Shown: positions 1-10,932, counted from the first letter of the stretch. The stretch is DNA of 64,000 nt from Bacteroidota bacterium (GCA_049589195.1 JBAWAH010000021.1:30649-94648), one strand, 5' to 3'. Notes: generated by a model not told the origin, from the sequence alone. Program-made: numbers and translations.

Positions 1-230
1 GAGACTATAGACAGGAAGCGCTTTTGGGATTGGTGGCATGTTTCCTCCATATAATTGTTTGACAATGGCTTAGGAAGAGAGTTGCAACCCTAATAATGCC
101 AAAACATCAGGAGAAGTTCCCCCAAGATCTCAGTAGGCTTTCCCACTTTCCCCAGACATGGTCTTCGATTCTCTTTAATAGCAGAAACAGTCAAATGATC
201 TGTCTCTTTTAACTCACTCAGACAGGTGTC

Positions 231-3200
231 TCAGTCTACGTTGTCTCTCAGAAGCAATCGCATTGGCTTGAACAACCCATAGTCTTCTGTATCATATTGA
301 GTGCCCTTTGGCGGTCCATGTTGAGGGAATCTGCTCCACAGGTGGGGCCATGCAGTGTTCCTGGATCGGGCGGGGTCGTGAAATGGTCCGAAAAGATTCT
401 TGGGTGTACCAGAAACTGTTATTCTGAGAGCGTGCCTGCCCGGAGACAGAAATTCGGTGAGATCCAACTCGTAGGGTGCCCAAGCAATGACACCTGCTCG
501 TTTCCCATCAACCTCAACCGATGCTGATCCACCTTTCCATGAGGGAAGTTTTATGATGATCCTTTTCTTGGTTCGGGGAATGGTGACGGTTGTATCGTAA
601 TCCATGCGTTCGCCATACAATGGATATCCTTGCGACGACCATGCCCCGAGACGCGGGGCGCGGTGTGGGACAATCCTGAATCCCGATTTCGTAGGCTCTA
701 AGGAGAAGTTTCCTCGTATGTAGACGTTTTCGAGTTCCATCTTCACATCAAACGGGCGTCCGACCAAACGCACCTCATTGACGCCAGGTCTTGCCAATCT
801 CCCTATTGGCGCGCTCATTAGGTGCGGATCGATCCATCGTTTTGCTCTCGTGAAGTCGGCTCTCCTCCCATTAACGAAGACACGGTAAAGCTCAGGACAC
901 TCTACCGCGAGCTCGAGGGAAGTGAGGTCTACTCCCTTGCTGACAGTGAAACGGAAGGCTGCATCGAATCCAGTCCCGGCGCCAAAACTATTGCGCTCAA
1001 CAATTCGTTTCCGGAATTGGACGGCATTGTCCCAGGCAGGACGCTCAAACCCGTGAGCCTGCCAGATGTTCCAGTTTGCCCGCCACGTGTTGATCCCTTT
1101 CTCTTCTTTTCTGAAGTAACTCACATCACAGTAATCAAGCGGGAGAACGTTTGGGGATGAAGGTGAGACACTCATCGGGTCAGTTCGGATGCTTCGCTCA
1201 GTTCTCTGCCGTGGGAATTTCTTGAGAGGATGAGTCTGGTCCTCAGTCGGCAAGACTCGGAGGACAACTGATTCAGTAGGATTGAGGCGGAGAGGTGTGA
1301 TGACGTGTTCTTTCCCATGACGCACGAAAACGCCAGGCTTGATTTCGCCCGAACCCGGATCCCATTTTTGCAGCGCCTTGCCACGGAGCATTGCCTTCGT
1401 ATTGATGGGTTTCGGACTCCCATTGAAGAAGAAATGAATTGACGAGCCGTCTGCGAGGCAGCGGCGGTGGTGCGAGAAATTCTTCGGTGTGGGAGAGGAG
1501 AACGACACAACAGGTTCAAGATGTTTCTTTATCACCCGGACCAATGTCTTCACGTCGCGGACTTCGCGCCAGCGGGGGGGATATTGGCGTTTGAGTCTCG
1601 AGACCGAATCGCTTTCTCTGCCGTCCACCCAGTGTGCCGGAGAAGAAAGTGCGAGTACCCTGCCACCTGACTGCAGATACTTGCCAAGCAGGGTGAGGGT
1701 CTGATGCCGCATGTTTGTCATACCCTTGGGGATGATGACAAGATCATACTTCTCCCGACCGACGGCCAGTCGGGCTTTCTCAATGCGGCCGTGCTCTTCA
1801 AGGATGTACTCATCTCCAAGATCGAAATCAATCTGGTTGTCACAGAGCGTCTGGACAAGGCCTCCGTGCTCTTTCCGCATTCTCTCAAATTCGGCCTGCG
1901 CTTCAGCAGTCAGAGTTGCACAAAGAAAACCACTTGTCGTTGGCTGCAAGACCAGAACCCGGTTCTCCATTCTCCCTTGTGAGAGGATAAACGAAAGCCG
2001 TCCAATCCGATCATTCAACCCCTCTATTTCACTCCACCACGCTGAATGGTCCGAGAACGTTTGAGGATGATCTCGCTTCCTTGCACCGCGAGTCGTAACC
2101 AAAGAGAGATGTGGATTGAAGAAGTTGATTCCATGCGCTAGAGCCCAGTCACCGATGCGTTTGTAGTCGCCAACCGTCGAGTCCCATCCCCCAGCACCCC
2201 ACATCTCAGCGAGCGTTCGTTCTATTCCCAGTTGATTGACGACGGAAAGGAGCATCCGCATCGTGAACAGCATTTGGGTGTCGTCGTTAACGAGTGAGTA
2301 GCCCTCGAATCTCCTGTCGTGCAGGAGAAGCGTCGTCAGCAACAGGTCGATGCCCGGCATTTGCATGCACGGGTAGAGCGACATATCGTCGGGCGTGATG
2401 AATGGTGCCGGCCACTCGTGTTCCATGTAATGCCCTGTGAGCAGAATCCCATGCTTCTTGCACCACTCACCGAGCGGCTGCATGAAATTCTCTTTCCAGA
2501 GATCGTGGATGAGCTGCCAGTAGTCAAAACGAACGGCCCGGAAATCTCCGACATCAGCGAAGAGCGATGGAAGGTGTCGGACAAGGTCATATCCGTAGCG
2601 ACGCTGGAATTCAGAAATGGAGTACTGGCTCAATGGCACAGCCGTTTGCGTCGCATCGTATGCCCCAGTTGTCCCAATGAGGGGTTCGTCTGCAAAAGAA
2701 GCTTTGACGGTTTTCCCGAACTCGCTGCCGAAGAGCTTATAATATCGTTCGTGCGTTGTGGCGATGAAGGCCTTCACCGTTTCCGGATTCGTGAGATCAG
2801 TGTAAGGGAAATCTCCCGTCCACGGACTCGCCGCAGCACGACGAAGCTGGAACGCCATCAGCGGCTCGCCGTTCGAGCGCTTCGAGGGATCAAGATGCGT
2901 CACATCCTTCGCTGAGAGGATTCGACCATTTCTTCTTCGAACACGGAAGGCCGCCAGAACTGAACCAGGCACCTGTTCTTTCGGCTCATACATATTCATC
3001 GCAACATACTGACACACAGTTTCCGGGGCAACGCTCGGGACATATCCGCCGGCAAAGCCCGATGGATAGCTGTTTTCATCATAGATGTTACACTGCATTC
3101 CAAGCTTCTTGCAGTAGAGCATACTCTTCTTCCACAGGTCAAACCACTCTTCACCAAGATACTCAGTAATCAAACCAGGACGAGGATGAACAAACACTCC

Positions 3201-3341
3201 ACCGAAGCCAAGTTTCTTGAACTGGGTGAGTTGTTCTTTGAGGCGGCCCCACTGAAGCTCATCGTTCCACACCCAGAGAGGCATCGGGCGATATTCAGCA
3301 GGGGGGTCTGCAAAGATTGATTGAACTTTTTTGATGTCCAT
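231..3341 (-). CDS. Large cytoplasmic glycoside hydrolase (1036 aa), family not certain (possibly GH106-like rhamnosidase type)
   Basis: Long uninterrupted ORF with no signal peptide; N-terminal RPMPLWVWNDE motif and overall size are typical of large bacterial glycoside hydrolases; co-oriented and tightly spaced with a lyase-like gene, a second GH-like gene and a sugar symporter. Family assignment is from memory of motifs only. Confidence 0.55.
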   Translation of the reverse strand: MDIKKVQSIFADPPAEYRPMPLWVWNDELQWGRLKEQLTQFKKLGFGGVFVHPRPGLITEYLGEEWFDLWKKSMLYCKKLGMQCNIYDENSYPSGFAGGYVPSVAPETVCQYVAMNMYEPKEQVPGSVLAAFRVRRRNGRILSAKDVTHLDPSKRSNGEPLMAFQLRRAAASPWTGDFPYTDLTNPETVKAFIATTHERYYKLFGSEFGKTVKASFADEPLIGTTGAYDATQTAVPLSQYSISEFQRRYGYDLVRHLPSLFADVGDFRAVRFDYWQLIHDLWKENFMQPLGEWCKKHGILLTGHYMEHEWPAPFITPDDMSLYPCMQMPGIDLLLTTLLLHDRRFEGYSLVNDDTQMLFTMRMLLSVVNQLGIERTLAEMWGAGGWDSTVGDYKRIGDWALAHGINFFNPHLSLVTTRGARKRDHPQTFSDHSAWWSEIEGLNDRIGRLSFILSQGRMENRVLVLQPTTSGFLCATLTAEAQAEFERMRKEHGGLVQTLCDNQIDFDLGDEYILEEHGRIEKARLAVGREKYDLVIIPKGMTNMRHQTLTLLGKYLQSGGRVLALSSPAHWVDGRESDSVSRLKRQYPPRWREVRDVKTLVRVIKKHLEPVVSFSSPTPKNFSHHRRCLADGSSIHFFFNGSPKPINTKAMLRGKALQKWDPGSGEIKPGVFVRHGKEHVITPLRLNPTESVVLRVLPTEDQTHPLKKFPRQRTERSIRTDPMSVSPSSPNVLPLDYCDVSYFRKEEKGINTWRANWNIWQAHGFERPAWDNAVQFRKRIVERNSFGAGTGFDAAFRFTVSKGVDLTSLELAVECPELYRVFVNGRRADFTRAKRWIDPHLMSAPIGRLARPGVNEVRLVGRPFDVKMELENVYIRGNFSLEPTKSGFRIVPHRAPRLGAWSSQGYPLYGERMDYDTTVTIPRTKKRIIIKLPSWKGGSASVEVDGKRAGVIAWAPYELDLTEFLSPGRHALRITVSGTPKNLFGPFHDPARSRNTAWPHLWSRFPQHGPPKGTQYDTEDYGLFKPMRLLLRDNVD

Positions 3342-3360
3342 GGTTTGTACTCGTTGAAGT

Positions 3361-5667
3361 TTACTTCACTGTATAGACATCTTCCCAATATCTTACTTTT
3401 CCAATACCAGGTGTCTCAGGACTGCCATCGAATGCCAGCCCGAAGTTGGAAGGCTGTTGTTCAAAGAGCACATGCCCCTTGTACGTCCCCTTCACGGTAT
3501 TCGTGATGCAGTATTCGATCATGTTTCCTTTCACGACTGCGAACACATTGCTCCCGTCCGTCTCAAAATCATCGAAGCGCACTTTGCCGGACTCGTACGT
3601 GTACCTGGGACGCCGGTAGTCTCTCACAATATCCATCTGGAGGTCAAGCTTAGCGCACACGTAATACATTGCGCCGCCCGATTCGATCTTCACGCCAACA
3701 GTTTTGGTGGGGTAGCTCACGTCGACCAGCTTCGCGCTTGAAAGAAGCTTCTGGATGTCAGCGCCGGACTCGTGAGGAATGAGAATTGTCGTGAACGTAA
3801 TCAAATCCCCAACATTGCAATGCCGAGAATCCATTTGATACATTACCCATTCGTTCTGGTAGTTCCGTTTCTCGGGTTCCACACCTTCCATTCTCTGACC
3901 TTGTTCTGGAAAATATATCAGGAGAGATGTATTCGTTGGGAGCGCGACCGAGCCCAGTGAATCATAGACGGTGTCGTACCAGTGCTCGCCCCGTGAGAGG
4001 ATCTTCCTTGTGTGCCAGAGATTTGCCGCAGTGTAGAAGTCTTCGACTGTGAATTTCAGAACATCAAACACGACGAAGATGTTGAGATCCTTCACCCAGT
4101 TCACGATCCGATCGTGTTGGTAGCCGATCTTGTCGTCAGTCACTCGAGTCCGGCTCATGTCAAAGTGCTTGAGCGAGAGAAAATCGATTTTCTCTGTTCG
4201 GACTTTTCTGTATGCACCTGAATTATGAAAGAACTCCAGCATCCCTTGGCCGGACACGGCCTTGCGGTCGTTCGCGTATCGCTCTTCGCCTGCCGTTTGT
4301 CCTTTGAAGAGCTTGTTCTTGCGCACCGCCACGCGGTTATGGAAGTAATCTTGCCGGTACGCCCCGTACGGACCGCTCGGCATGAAATCCCGGTATCCGC
4401 CGTCGCGGAGAAGCACCGAGCCTCCCGACATCAATAACGGGATGCTGTTCTCATCAGAATGGCCGTGGTGCATCTTCTCTTCTTCAACCGGGATTGTGTT
4501 CCGAAGGTAATCTCGGAAGAGCAAGCCGCCGTCTCCTTCGTCGCGATAGTTCAAAAGGAGATATGTGTCTTTTTCGCCGTACCCGTTTCGGAAGACCACC
4601 TTCTTTCCAACAATGTCTTCAAGTACTTCTTCGCTTTTTCCCTCCGGTGCCTCAGGCTTAATCGTCTCGTCACCCCAGCGAATGCAATCATGGAAAATCT
4701 GCGCCAGCCAAATATTGTTCCGAGGCATGTTCGGCTTCATGGCAGTGTAGTAGAGGCGCATCGCTGCATATTTCATTGTGGGATCTTTGTATACGGCTGC
4801 TCCTTTTTCGAGACAGACCATGAAGCGGTCCCAATTGACTTTCCAGCCCGAGTCGCCGAACTCGGGAATCGAGCCGTCCGGACAAATGAGATGAGTATAA
4901 TAGTTGAGGTAATAGTGGATGATCGGTGTTCTGAAGAGTGATTCATCTTGCATGATATCTGCGTATGAGAAGAGAGAATAGACCCAGACGCCGTTGTAGA
5001 GAGACGCATCTTCGATTTCCCATTTTCCCCAGTTGTCGTCAGCAATAGCACGCGCCATCATCTCCCACAGCCGGGCATGCGGATGACCAGGGAGTGCCCT
5101 CACTACACCCATGAGCGTCTCTGCCCTCAGCATTGCCCGATTCATCGGGCCCCATTCCTGAAAGTTCATCAAGAAGTCCGCACTTTCAGCGATGTTCTTC
5201 TCGATGATGGCCTTCTCTGAGCTGCTCAGGACATTCACATCTTTCAACAAACGATACGCGCGGATGTATGATGGAGCGAGGAAGATATTCGGGAGTGTAG
5301 GAAGCCCTTTGGCATACTCGAGCCGCTTTCGGAAATAGTTCTCCGGATAAGCGTTCTTGTAATCGCCGTATTCAGCAAGCAGTTCTTTCGCTCGATCTGC
5401 ATACTTCTTCTCTTTCGTGTCCTTGTAGAGCTCGGCGCATACTCCTGCAAGAATTGGGTCTGTTCCGGGCGGATTGTAGCCAAAGACATAGTTGGTATCA
5501 ATGCTCTCCCTCCAGCGCTTTGCCTCCGCAGGGTGTTTGATCCACGCACTGTCGGCAGCTTCTTTGATGTAAGCCATCAGGTCTGCGTGTGAGATTGGCT
5601 GAAGTTGAGAAAACGTGCGAAAGGGAAGAAGAATCAGGAAGATAATACAGGAACGAAGACACTTCAT
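3361..5667 (-). CDS. Secreted polysaccharide lyase-like protein (heparinase II/III-like or alginate-lyase-like fold), 768 aa
   Basis: N-terminal signal peptide (MKCLRSCIIFLILLPFRTFSQ); size and W/Y/H-rich profile are consistent with the heparinase II/III family; sits inside the polysaccharide operon. Family call is tentative. Confidence 0.45.
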   Translation of the reverse strand: MKCLRSCIIFLILLPFRTFSQLQPISHADLMAYIKEAADSAWIKHPAEAKRWRESIDTNYVFGYNPPGTDPILAGVCAELYKDTKEKKYADRAKELLAEYGDYKNAYPENYFRKRLEYAKGLPTLPNIFLAPSYIRAYRLLKDVNVLSSSEKAIIEKNIAESADFLMNFQEWGPMNRAMLRAETLMGVVRALPGHPHARLWEMMARAIADDNWGKWEIEDASLYNGVWVYSLFSYADIMQDESLFRTPIIHYYLNYYTHLICPDGSIPEFGDSGWKVNWDRFMVCLEKGAAVYKDPTMKYAAMRLYYTAMKPNMPRNNIWLAQIFHDCIRWGDETIKPEAPEGKSEEVLEDIVGKKVVFRNGYGEKDTYLLLNYRDEGDGGLLFRDYLRNTIPVEEEKMHHGHSDENSIPLLMSGGSVLLRDGGYRDFMPSGPYGAYRQDYFHNRVAVRKNKLFKGQTAGEERYANDRKAVSGQGMLEFFHNSGAYRKVRTEKIDFLSLKHFDMSRTRVTDDKIGYQHDRIVNWVKDLNIFVVFDVLKFTVEDFYTAANLWHTRKILSRGEHWYDTVYDSLGSVALPTNTSLLIYFPEQGQRMEGVEPEKRNYQNEWVMYQMDSRHCNVGDLITFTTILIPHESGADIQKLLSSAKLVDVSYPTKTVGVKIESGGAMYYVCAKLDLQMDIVRDYRRPRYTYESGKVRFDDFETDGSNVFAVVKGNMIEYCITNTVKGTYKGHVLFEQQPSNFGLAFDGSPETPGIGKVRYWEDVYTVK

Positions 5668-5754
5668 GGAAGTAACCCCCGGTTGTTGAGAGGGATTGTA
5701 GAAAAGCTTCTTCTTGGAGAAGAAAGACCTCAGACCACTTACAGACGCGCTTGC

Positions 5755-8091
5755 TCAGAGCACCAGCCCCGGCACGCGCCACTGGAAATTCGGATCGATA
5801 TATGGCTCATCGTCCTCATGACCCTCAATGAGTTCAAGCTTCCTCCGGAGATGATCGCCGAAGTTCTCGCCATAAATGAGCGTGGTTTCTCCGGCTTCGG
5901 ACACGATCATAAACTCTGTCGGCGAGGTTTCCCAGAGTTCCAGAAGCTGTTTTGTGTTCTCCTTGTCTTGAAGAACCATGTCATGCAGCAGCGTGCGGCA
6001 TCGTTTCTTTGTCGCATCGTCCGTGGCCTCGAAATACCCGTGGACGCCTGCAATCCATGCGACGACATGTCGCTGCGTCCGATACCAGATGAGAAGAGCC
6101 CGTAGCCGATCTCGCTGATCCACAAAGCACGCTCTGGCTGTGTCGCCCTCCCGGAGATTCTTGATCGCGTCATCGAGCAACTTGATTGCCTGATCGAGCA
6201 AGGCAAATCCCCTGGTGTCAATCCGTTCGAGGGTCTGCCACGCACGCTCCTTTGAAATCAGATCAAATCCGACATCCCACCTGAAATCGACACGAGTGCG
6301 ATTGTGAGGTGTTGCAAGCAGGTAATCCTCGTAGTATTCGCGGTCCTTCTCTGGGATCGCCTCGATGTTCGGAATGATCGGGCGAATCCACAGCCGGTAC
6401 CACACACTCCATGTGTTGTATATCATCACAGGGAGCGGCCACGTGCGGATATAGTCGTCGGCAAGCTTCCACGCTTTGACCAGCGTTCCGGAGAGTGCAT
6501 TGCCCACCCAGCGGGTCGCAATGTCATTCACGATTGCATCAACAGTCCGCGTCTGGTCGAACTGAAAAGCACGCCACACTTCTTGATTGATGTTCCAACG
6601 CGTTTTCGATGGCGGAACCGCTCCACCAAACTGGGCACTGTACTCTACACCGACCTCTGCCATATCGTGTATCTTCTCGTATGCAAGCCATGGGCAGGGG
6701 ACACCGAGGAGGGGTTCAAAGTTCAAGAACGTCCCCTGTGAATGCACCACCCACGTTCGGCATCCTTTCTTCGCATAGCCTTGAATCTTTTGCTGCTCTT
6801 TCATATCGAAGTGATTGTGATACACTGTTCCACCCACTTCCGGAATGTCGTCGTACGTCGGGTGTTTGTACGGGACGTCCCATCCCTTGCTGAGGAGCGT
6901 CCCCACCTCGACATCGGTTCCGTCTCCAAGTTCGCGGTCAATATAATCTCTCTCTGCGGCAAATGCTTCGAGCCGAATCATGCTGCGGAATTCCGGATTG
7001 ACTTTCCTTCCGGCGTCGCGAAGCAGCTTGAGAAATCGCGTGAGATTCATCGCCGCAGATTCAGCAATTTCTGTGTCCGACTTCCATTCTCGAATGACGT
7101 ATCCTCCGCCGTTTCTTCCGACATAGAGCGAACTTGTATACTCGAACCCCGCGCCGCTATCGTTCGACCACACAGAAATGAATCCGAGCTCGGGGACTTC
7201 TTTCATTAGATTTACCATGAGTTCCGTGTAATGCTCGCGGACAACAGGATGAGCAACCGAGAGATTGTACCGCGGCCTGAAGCTCCGGATTGGGTGGTCG
7301 ACACGAGCGCCGCGAAGCATCGGATAGCGATCAAGGAGATGATCAGGCACAGAGCGAGGTTCGAAGCATGTCAACCCAGGGGTAAGCCCATACTTTGTTG
7401 CCAGAGTTGCGTTCGATTTCAGGCGATTGAGGTTTGCCTGGATGTAATCAAGCGGATACGTGCCGCGGTTCAGTCTGCTTTCGACAAACTGATCCAGAGC
7501 TGGACAGTATGTGTAAAAACGTGGGTAGACCTCATACTTCGGGCCGGTCTCAATGGGGACGGGCGATGCAAGGCCATTCACTTCGACTGCGGAGAACCCG
7601 AGTCTCGCAAGATGACGGACGTGCTCCTCACGATTGAAATTCCGGATTGTCCGAGCGTGTTGGGTGAGGAAGAGATCATAGAGGGGCCGCTCCTCGCGGA
7701 ACGTTATCGTCACAACCTTCCCGCTCTTGTGCTCTGTGACATCGTCATCAGCCCAGTCCTCCTGGACGAGGCACGAGAGAGCGAACAAGTAGTTCGGACG
7801 GGAAGCAAGAAGTTCGCCACCCCCAGATTCATCAATTCGGAAGCAAAGCCAATCTCCCTTCTGAGGAAATCCGGCACCTTTCTTGGACGGAGATTCACCA
7901 AAGCTTTCAGTCGCACAAGACACACGGAGAACGCCCGAAGGGCTGCCGGCAGTTGGCCGCGACACAGGTGAGAGAGCTGCATTCGAAGCGAGATTCGCTT
8001 TCAAAGAGTCCGCTACAGTTTTGTCAACCGGTTTCCCGGCAGAAGGGAATTCAATCGCCTTCGTTTTCTTTAGTGCTTCACGGATGGTCAT
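5755..8091 (-). CDS. Hypothetical 778-aa cytoplasmic protein, putative glycoside hydrolase or carbohydrate-active enzyme of unknown family
   Basis: Long ORF with no signal peptide, same strand and operon as the symporter and GH; no motif I can assign to a family. Confidence 0.45.
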   Translation of the reverse strand: MTIREALKKTKAIEFPSAGKPVDKTVADSLKANLASNAALSPVSRPTAGSPSGVLRVSCATESFGESPSKKGAGFPQKGDWLCFRIDESGGGELLASRPNYLFALSCLVQEDWADDDVTEHKSGKVVTITFREERPLYDLFLTQHARTIRNFNREEHVRHLARLGFSAVEVNGLASPVPIETGPKYEVYPRFYTYCPALDQFVESRLNRGTYPLDYIQANLNRLKSNATLATKYGLTPGLTCFEPRSVPDHLLDRYPMLRGARVDHPIRSFRPRYNLSVAHPVVREHYTELMVNLMKEVPELGFISVWSNDSGAGFEYTSSLYVGRNGGGYVIREWKSDTEIAESAAMNLTRFLKLLRDAGRKVNPEFRSMIRLEAFAAERDYIDRELGDGTDVEVGTLLSKGWDVPYKHPTYDDIPEVGGTVYHNHFDMKEQQKIQGYAKKGCRTWVVHSQGTFLNFEPLLGVPCPWLAYEKIHDMAEVGVEYSAQFGGAVPPSKTRWNINQEVWRAFQFDQTRTVDAIVNDIATRWVGNALSGTLVKAWKLADDYIRTWPLPVMIYNTWSVWYRLWIRPIIPNIEAIPEKDREYYEDYLLATPHNRTRVDFRWDVGFDLISKERAWQTLERIDTRGFALLDQAIKLLDDAIKNLREGDTARACFVDQRDRLRALLIWYRTQRHVVAWIAGVHGYFEATDDATKKRCRTLLHDMVLQDKENTKQLLELWETSPTEFMIVSEAGETTLIYGENFGDHLRRKLELIEGHEDDEPYIDPNFQWRVPGLVL

Positions 8092-8194
8092 GTCATTCTC
8101 CTACTTATACTTATTGTTGGTTTTCTTCACACCTTTGTGCTCTCTGCCGCGGGACATCTCACTCAAACGCCCGCAGAGACCACATGGAAATGGC

Positions 8195-10300
8195 CTACCC
8201 TCCAATTGTTGCGACAAGATAGAAGAGTCCAAGGATGACAAGAACGAGCAAGCAAAGAACGGCAAAACCCCAAACATCCATCTTTGTCGGCTTCCAGAAC
8301 TCCCAATCCGTGCCTGGGAAGACCTTATCGCGCTCAACGATCTCTGGGTTGTCGACCGCCATCTGCACTCGGCGGGCGTCCTCCGTCTGGTCTGCCACAC
8401 AAGGTGTGTGAACGCAAGCATAGAACTCCCTCAGGACCTTCTCCGAATTCTTCCTGGTCAGCAGACTCACTCCGAAGAGGATGATAAATGGGAAGATCAT
8501 ATCGAACAAGAAAGAGACGGTGGAAACCTGAGACTTCGACATCTGAGTGAAATCAACTCCAGTGAGTGACACGAGGTAGACCTGGATCCGAAACATTCCC
8601 TGGCCGACGAGCTTTGAGTTAGGATCATTCGGATTTTCTCTGACAACCGTCTCGAAGAAGATCCCGCTCGGGGGTGCGACTTTCCTTTTCTCGATGGTTT
8701 CGCCGATTGATTTTGCAACTCCTGCTTCGACATCCTCACGAAGCGCCTGCGTCTTCAGCATCTCCATGCGCGGGTTCGTCTGTATTGTGAGCGCAGGGTG
8801 ATCGCGTATGCCTGGAATCTCAGGAAGGATGTTGGGAAGTGCGATGGTGACGACAATCGAGAGAATCATCTGAGTGACAACAGCCCTTGTCGTAAGTCGG
8901 CGCCAAAAATACACCAGCCAAATCGCCGGTCCTATCACTGTCCCGATCGATAGGACATACTTAAAGACGACAAAGATATCCTCGATGGTGAGTGCGAAGT
9001 AAATGCTAGCTCCAAGGACGACGAGAATAATAATTCTCCCCGACAGGAGCTGAACTTTTTCGCTCGTCTGCGGTCTTAAAGGCAGAAGAATGTTCTTCGT
9101 GAAGGCTGCTCCCCACTCCAAGCTCACCCCGCTGACCGTCGACATGTTTGCGGCAAAGATCCCGGCGATCATCAGACCGATGAAACCAGTACCAAGAAGG
9201 CTTCTCGTCATGTATCCCCAGATATATGTGGGGTCGTCCAGTTGACCAGCAAAGAGAGCGATGGCGATAAGGCCAGTGAGTGACCATGCAACCATCATGA
9301 AGCGTTTCGTGAGTGAGCCTGCGACGAACCCAATTCGTGCAGAATTATCGTCCTTCGGCGCACCACCAACAGTAAAGCTTCGAGGTGCATTGACGACGAG
9401 GTTCAGAGCAGCCATAGCAGCAACGAAGTACCATGTGTACTCGCTCGCCACATCAGAGCCGAAGAGCTGGAACATATAATCAGGAACACGCGCGTGAAGT
9501 CCCTTGAAGCCGCCGAGGACAACAAGCCCCACGGGAATGAGAGCAACCGAAAGGAAGATCTTCATCACTCCTTGAATAACATCTGCAAAAGCCGCGGCAA
9601 ACATTCCCCCGAGGACCATGTACGCGCCGATGCCTCCAGCATAGAGAACGAAAAATGGGAAAAGACCAATGTAAGAGATATACGCGTTGAGCTCATGGCG
9701 TTTGTCCTTCTCCCGCAAGACTTCAAGGCGCTGACGTTCCTGTTCACTCAGCTGTTGAATGCTCTGCTCCTTCTTCAGTGCTTGGTACTCCCGAAACTCT
9801 TCGACGCTTCTGCGCTCTTCGACGGTATACTCGCGCTCAGGCTTCACAAGCATCGCCTGGATTGTCTTTCCGGTGATCAGATAGCCAAACGAATTCCCAT
9901 AGATCGCGCTTATAAGGAGGTACGCCGCAAACAGCCCGGCGAGAAACTTGCTTTCGAATCGATGCTGGTACAGGTCGCCAGGCCCGATATATCGTGCCCG
10001 CCGCTGGAAAACAGCCAAGAACCACTGAAAGGGGGTATGGAAGAGTGTGAGGTTTTGAAACCACATCCCTTGCATCCCCTGCCTATAGATCTCACGAGTG
10101 ACGGCCGCTTCTTGGTCAGCGCTTGCCATGTTTCCGAACGTTATGAAACCAACGAGAACCTTTCCGAAGCTTCGTCCACCCTGATAGAAATCTTTTGTGG
10201 TCTTGATTCTCTTCCTAGTCCATTTGCCGATATAGACGAGGACCATGAAGTAAGCGAAGATGATGAGCCAATCAATGAGATGGAGACCGAAGAATCTCAT
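8195..10300 (-). CDS. Sodium:solute symporter family (SSF) transporter, 701 aa
   Basis: N-terminus MRFFGLHLIDWLIIFAYFMVLVYIGKW...FYQGGRSFG is classic for SSF/SglT-type symporters; many predicted TM helices; first gene of the minus-strand operon. Confidence 0.85.
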   Translation of the reverse strand: MRFFGLHLIDWLIIFAYFMVLVYIGKWTRKRIKTTKDFYQGGRSFGKVLVGFITFGNMASADQEAAVTREIYRQGMQGMWFQNLTLFHTPFQWFLAVFQRRARYIGPGDLYQHRFESKFLAGLFAAYLLISAIYGNSFGYLITGKTIQAMLVKPEREYTVEERRSVEEFREYQALKKEQSIQQLSEQERQRLEVLREKDKRHELNAYISYIGLFPFFVLYAGGIGAYMVLGGMFAAAFADVIQGVMKIFLSVALIPVGLVVLGGFKGLHARVPDYMFQLFGSDVASEYTWYFVAAMAALNLVVNAPRSFTVGGAPKDDNSARIGFVAGSLTKRFMMVAWSLTGLIAIALFAGQLDDPTYIWGYMTRSLLGTGFIGLMIAGIFAANMSTVSGVSLEWGAAFTKNILLPLRPQTSEKVQLLSGRIIILVVLGASIYFALTIEDIFVVFKYVLSIGTVIGPAIWLVYFWRRLTTRAVVTQMILSIVVTIALPNILPEIPGIRDHPALTIQTNPRMEMLKTQALREDVEAGVAKSIGETIEKRKVAPPSGIFFETVVRENPNDPNSKLVGQGMFRIQVYLVSLTGVDFTQMSKSQVSTVSFLFDMIFPFIILFGVSLLTRKNSEKVLREFYACVHTPCVADQTEDARRVQMAVDNPEIVERDKVFPGTDWEFWKPTKMDVWGFAVLCLLVLVILGLFYLVATIGG

Positions 10301-10443
10301 GCGGGGGATTTCAAATAAAGATGAGAGAGACTGTTAACAGGGGATGTATGACACTTCATCGAACCGGACTTAGGAGTGTCTGAAGGACGATTGCAAGCTG
10401 TGAGCGTTTGCTGTCTCAGCTCTGTAGAGAAATAGCGACCGTC

Positions 10444-10557
10444 TTACGGGAGCTTCTTCTTAAGATCTTCGATGTCTTGACGAAGCTTTCGAAGCTGACC
10501 TTGCTGGAGAACAATAGCAACCAGCGCTGCAAGTGCAAGGATAGCATCAGGATGCAT
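10444..10557 (-). CDS. Possible 37-aa small protein (hydrophobic N-terminus plus charged coiled-coil tail) upstream of the symporter
   Basis: ATG...TAA ORF MHPDAILALAALVAIVLQQGQLRKLRQDIEDLKKKLP, not in the supplied track because it is under the length cut-off; weak RBS; same strand as the downstream symporter. Confidence 0.15.
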   Translation of the reverse strand: MHPDAILALAALVAIVLQQGQLRKLRQDIEDLKKKLP

Positions 10558-10932
10558 CGAGGAGCCTTTCAGTTTTCGGGAGTCTTAGCCAGGAGAGACT
10601 CCGGCTCTCCACGCGGTCACGGCTGGATGAACCACTCTGATAGTACAAAATTATGAAAAATAAAGCCAGAGAAAATTCTTGAATAAGAAAAGGCGTTCAA
10701 TTAAGGAAATGGAGATTTACTTCCTCCCCTCGTTCCTTTCCTCGGATCTCCTCTCCATATCGAAGCTAGAGAAGACATCTATACCTTGGAGGTCGTCCAA
10801 AAACTGGAAAACTCTCTTGGGCGGAGCGAACAGTACTACTGCGTGTTCATGATCAGCGGGAGACCATTCTTTCCGCCGCCGACGATGATCATTCTTACTT
10901 CCTGAGTTGATCTTCTGCGCAACGGTGGAATG

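Noticed and set aside
2319-2915. 198-aa plus-strand ORF antisense to the 1036-aa GH gene (similar cases: 6742-7209, 7231-7971, 7883-8569, 9494-10318, 29102-30121, 34771-35430, 57017-57638, 59027-59641)
   Set aside because: These lie entirely inside strongly supported genes on the opposite strand or in an alternative frame. They have low-complexity Arg/Ser/Pro-rich compositions and no independent signals, so they are typical shadow ORFs of GC-rich coding DNA.
10408-10656. 82-aa plus-strand ORF in the symporter-SPFH intergenic region
   Set aside because: Low-complexity, no RBS, and it overlaps the more plausible (still weak) minus-strand 37-aa ORF; likely non-coding promoter/UTR DNA.
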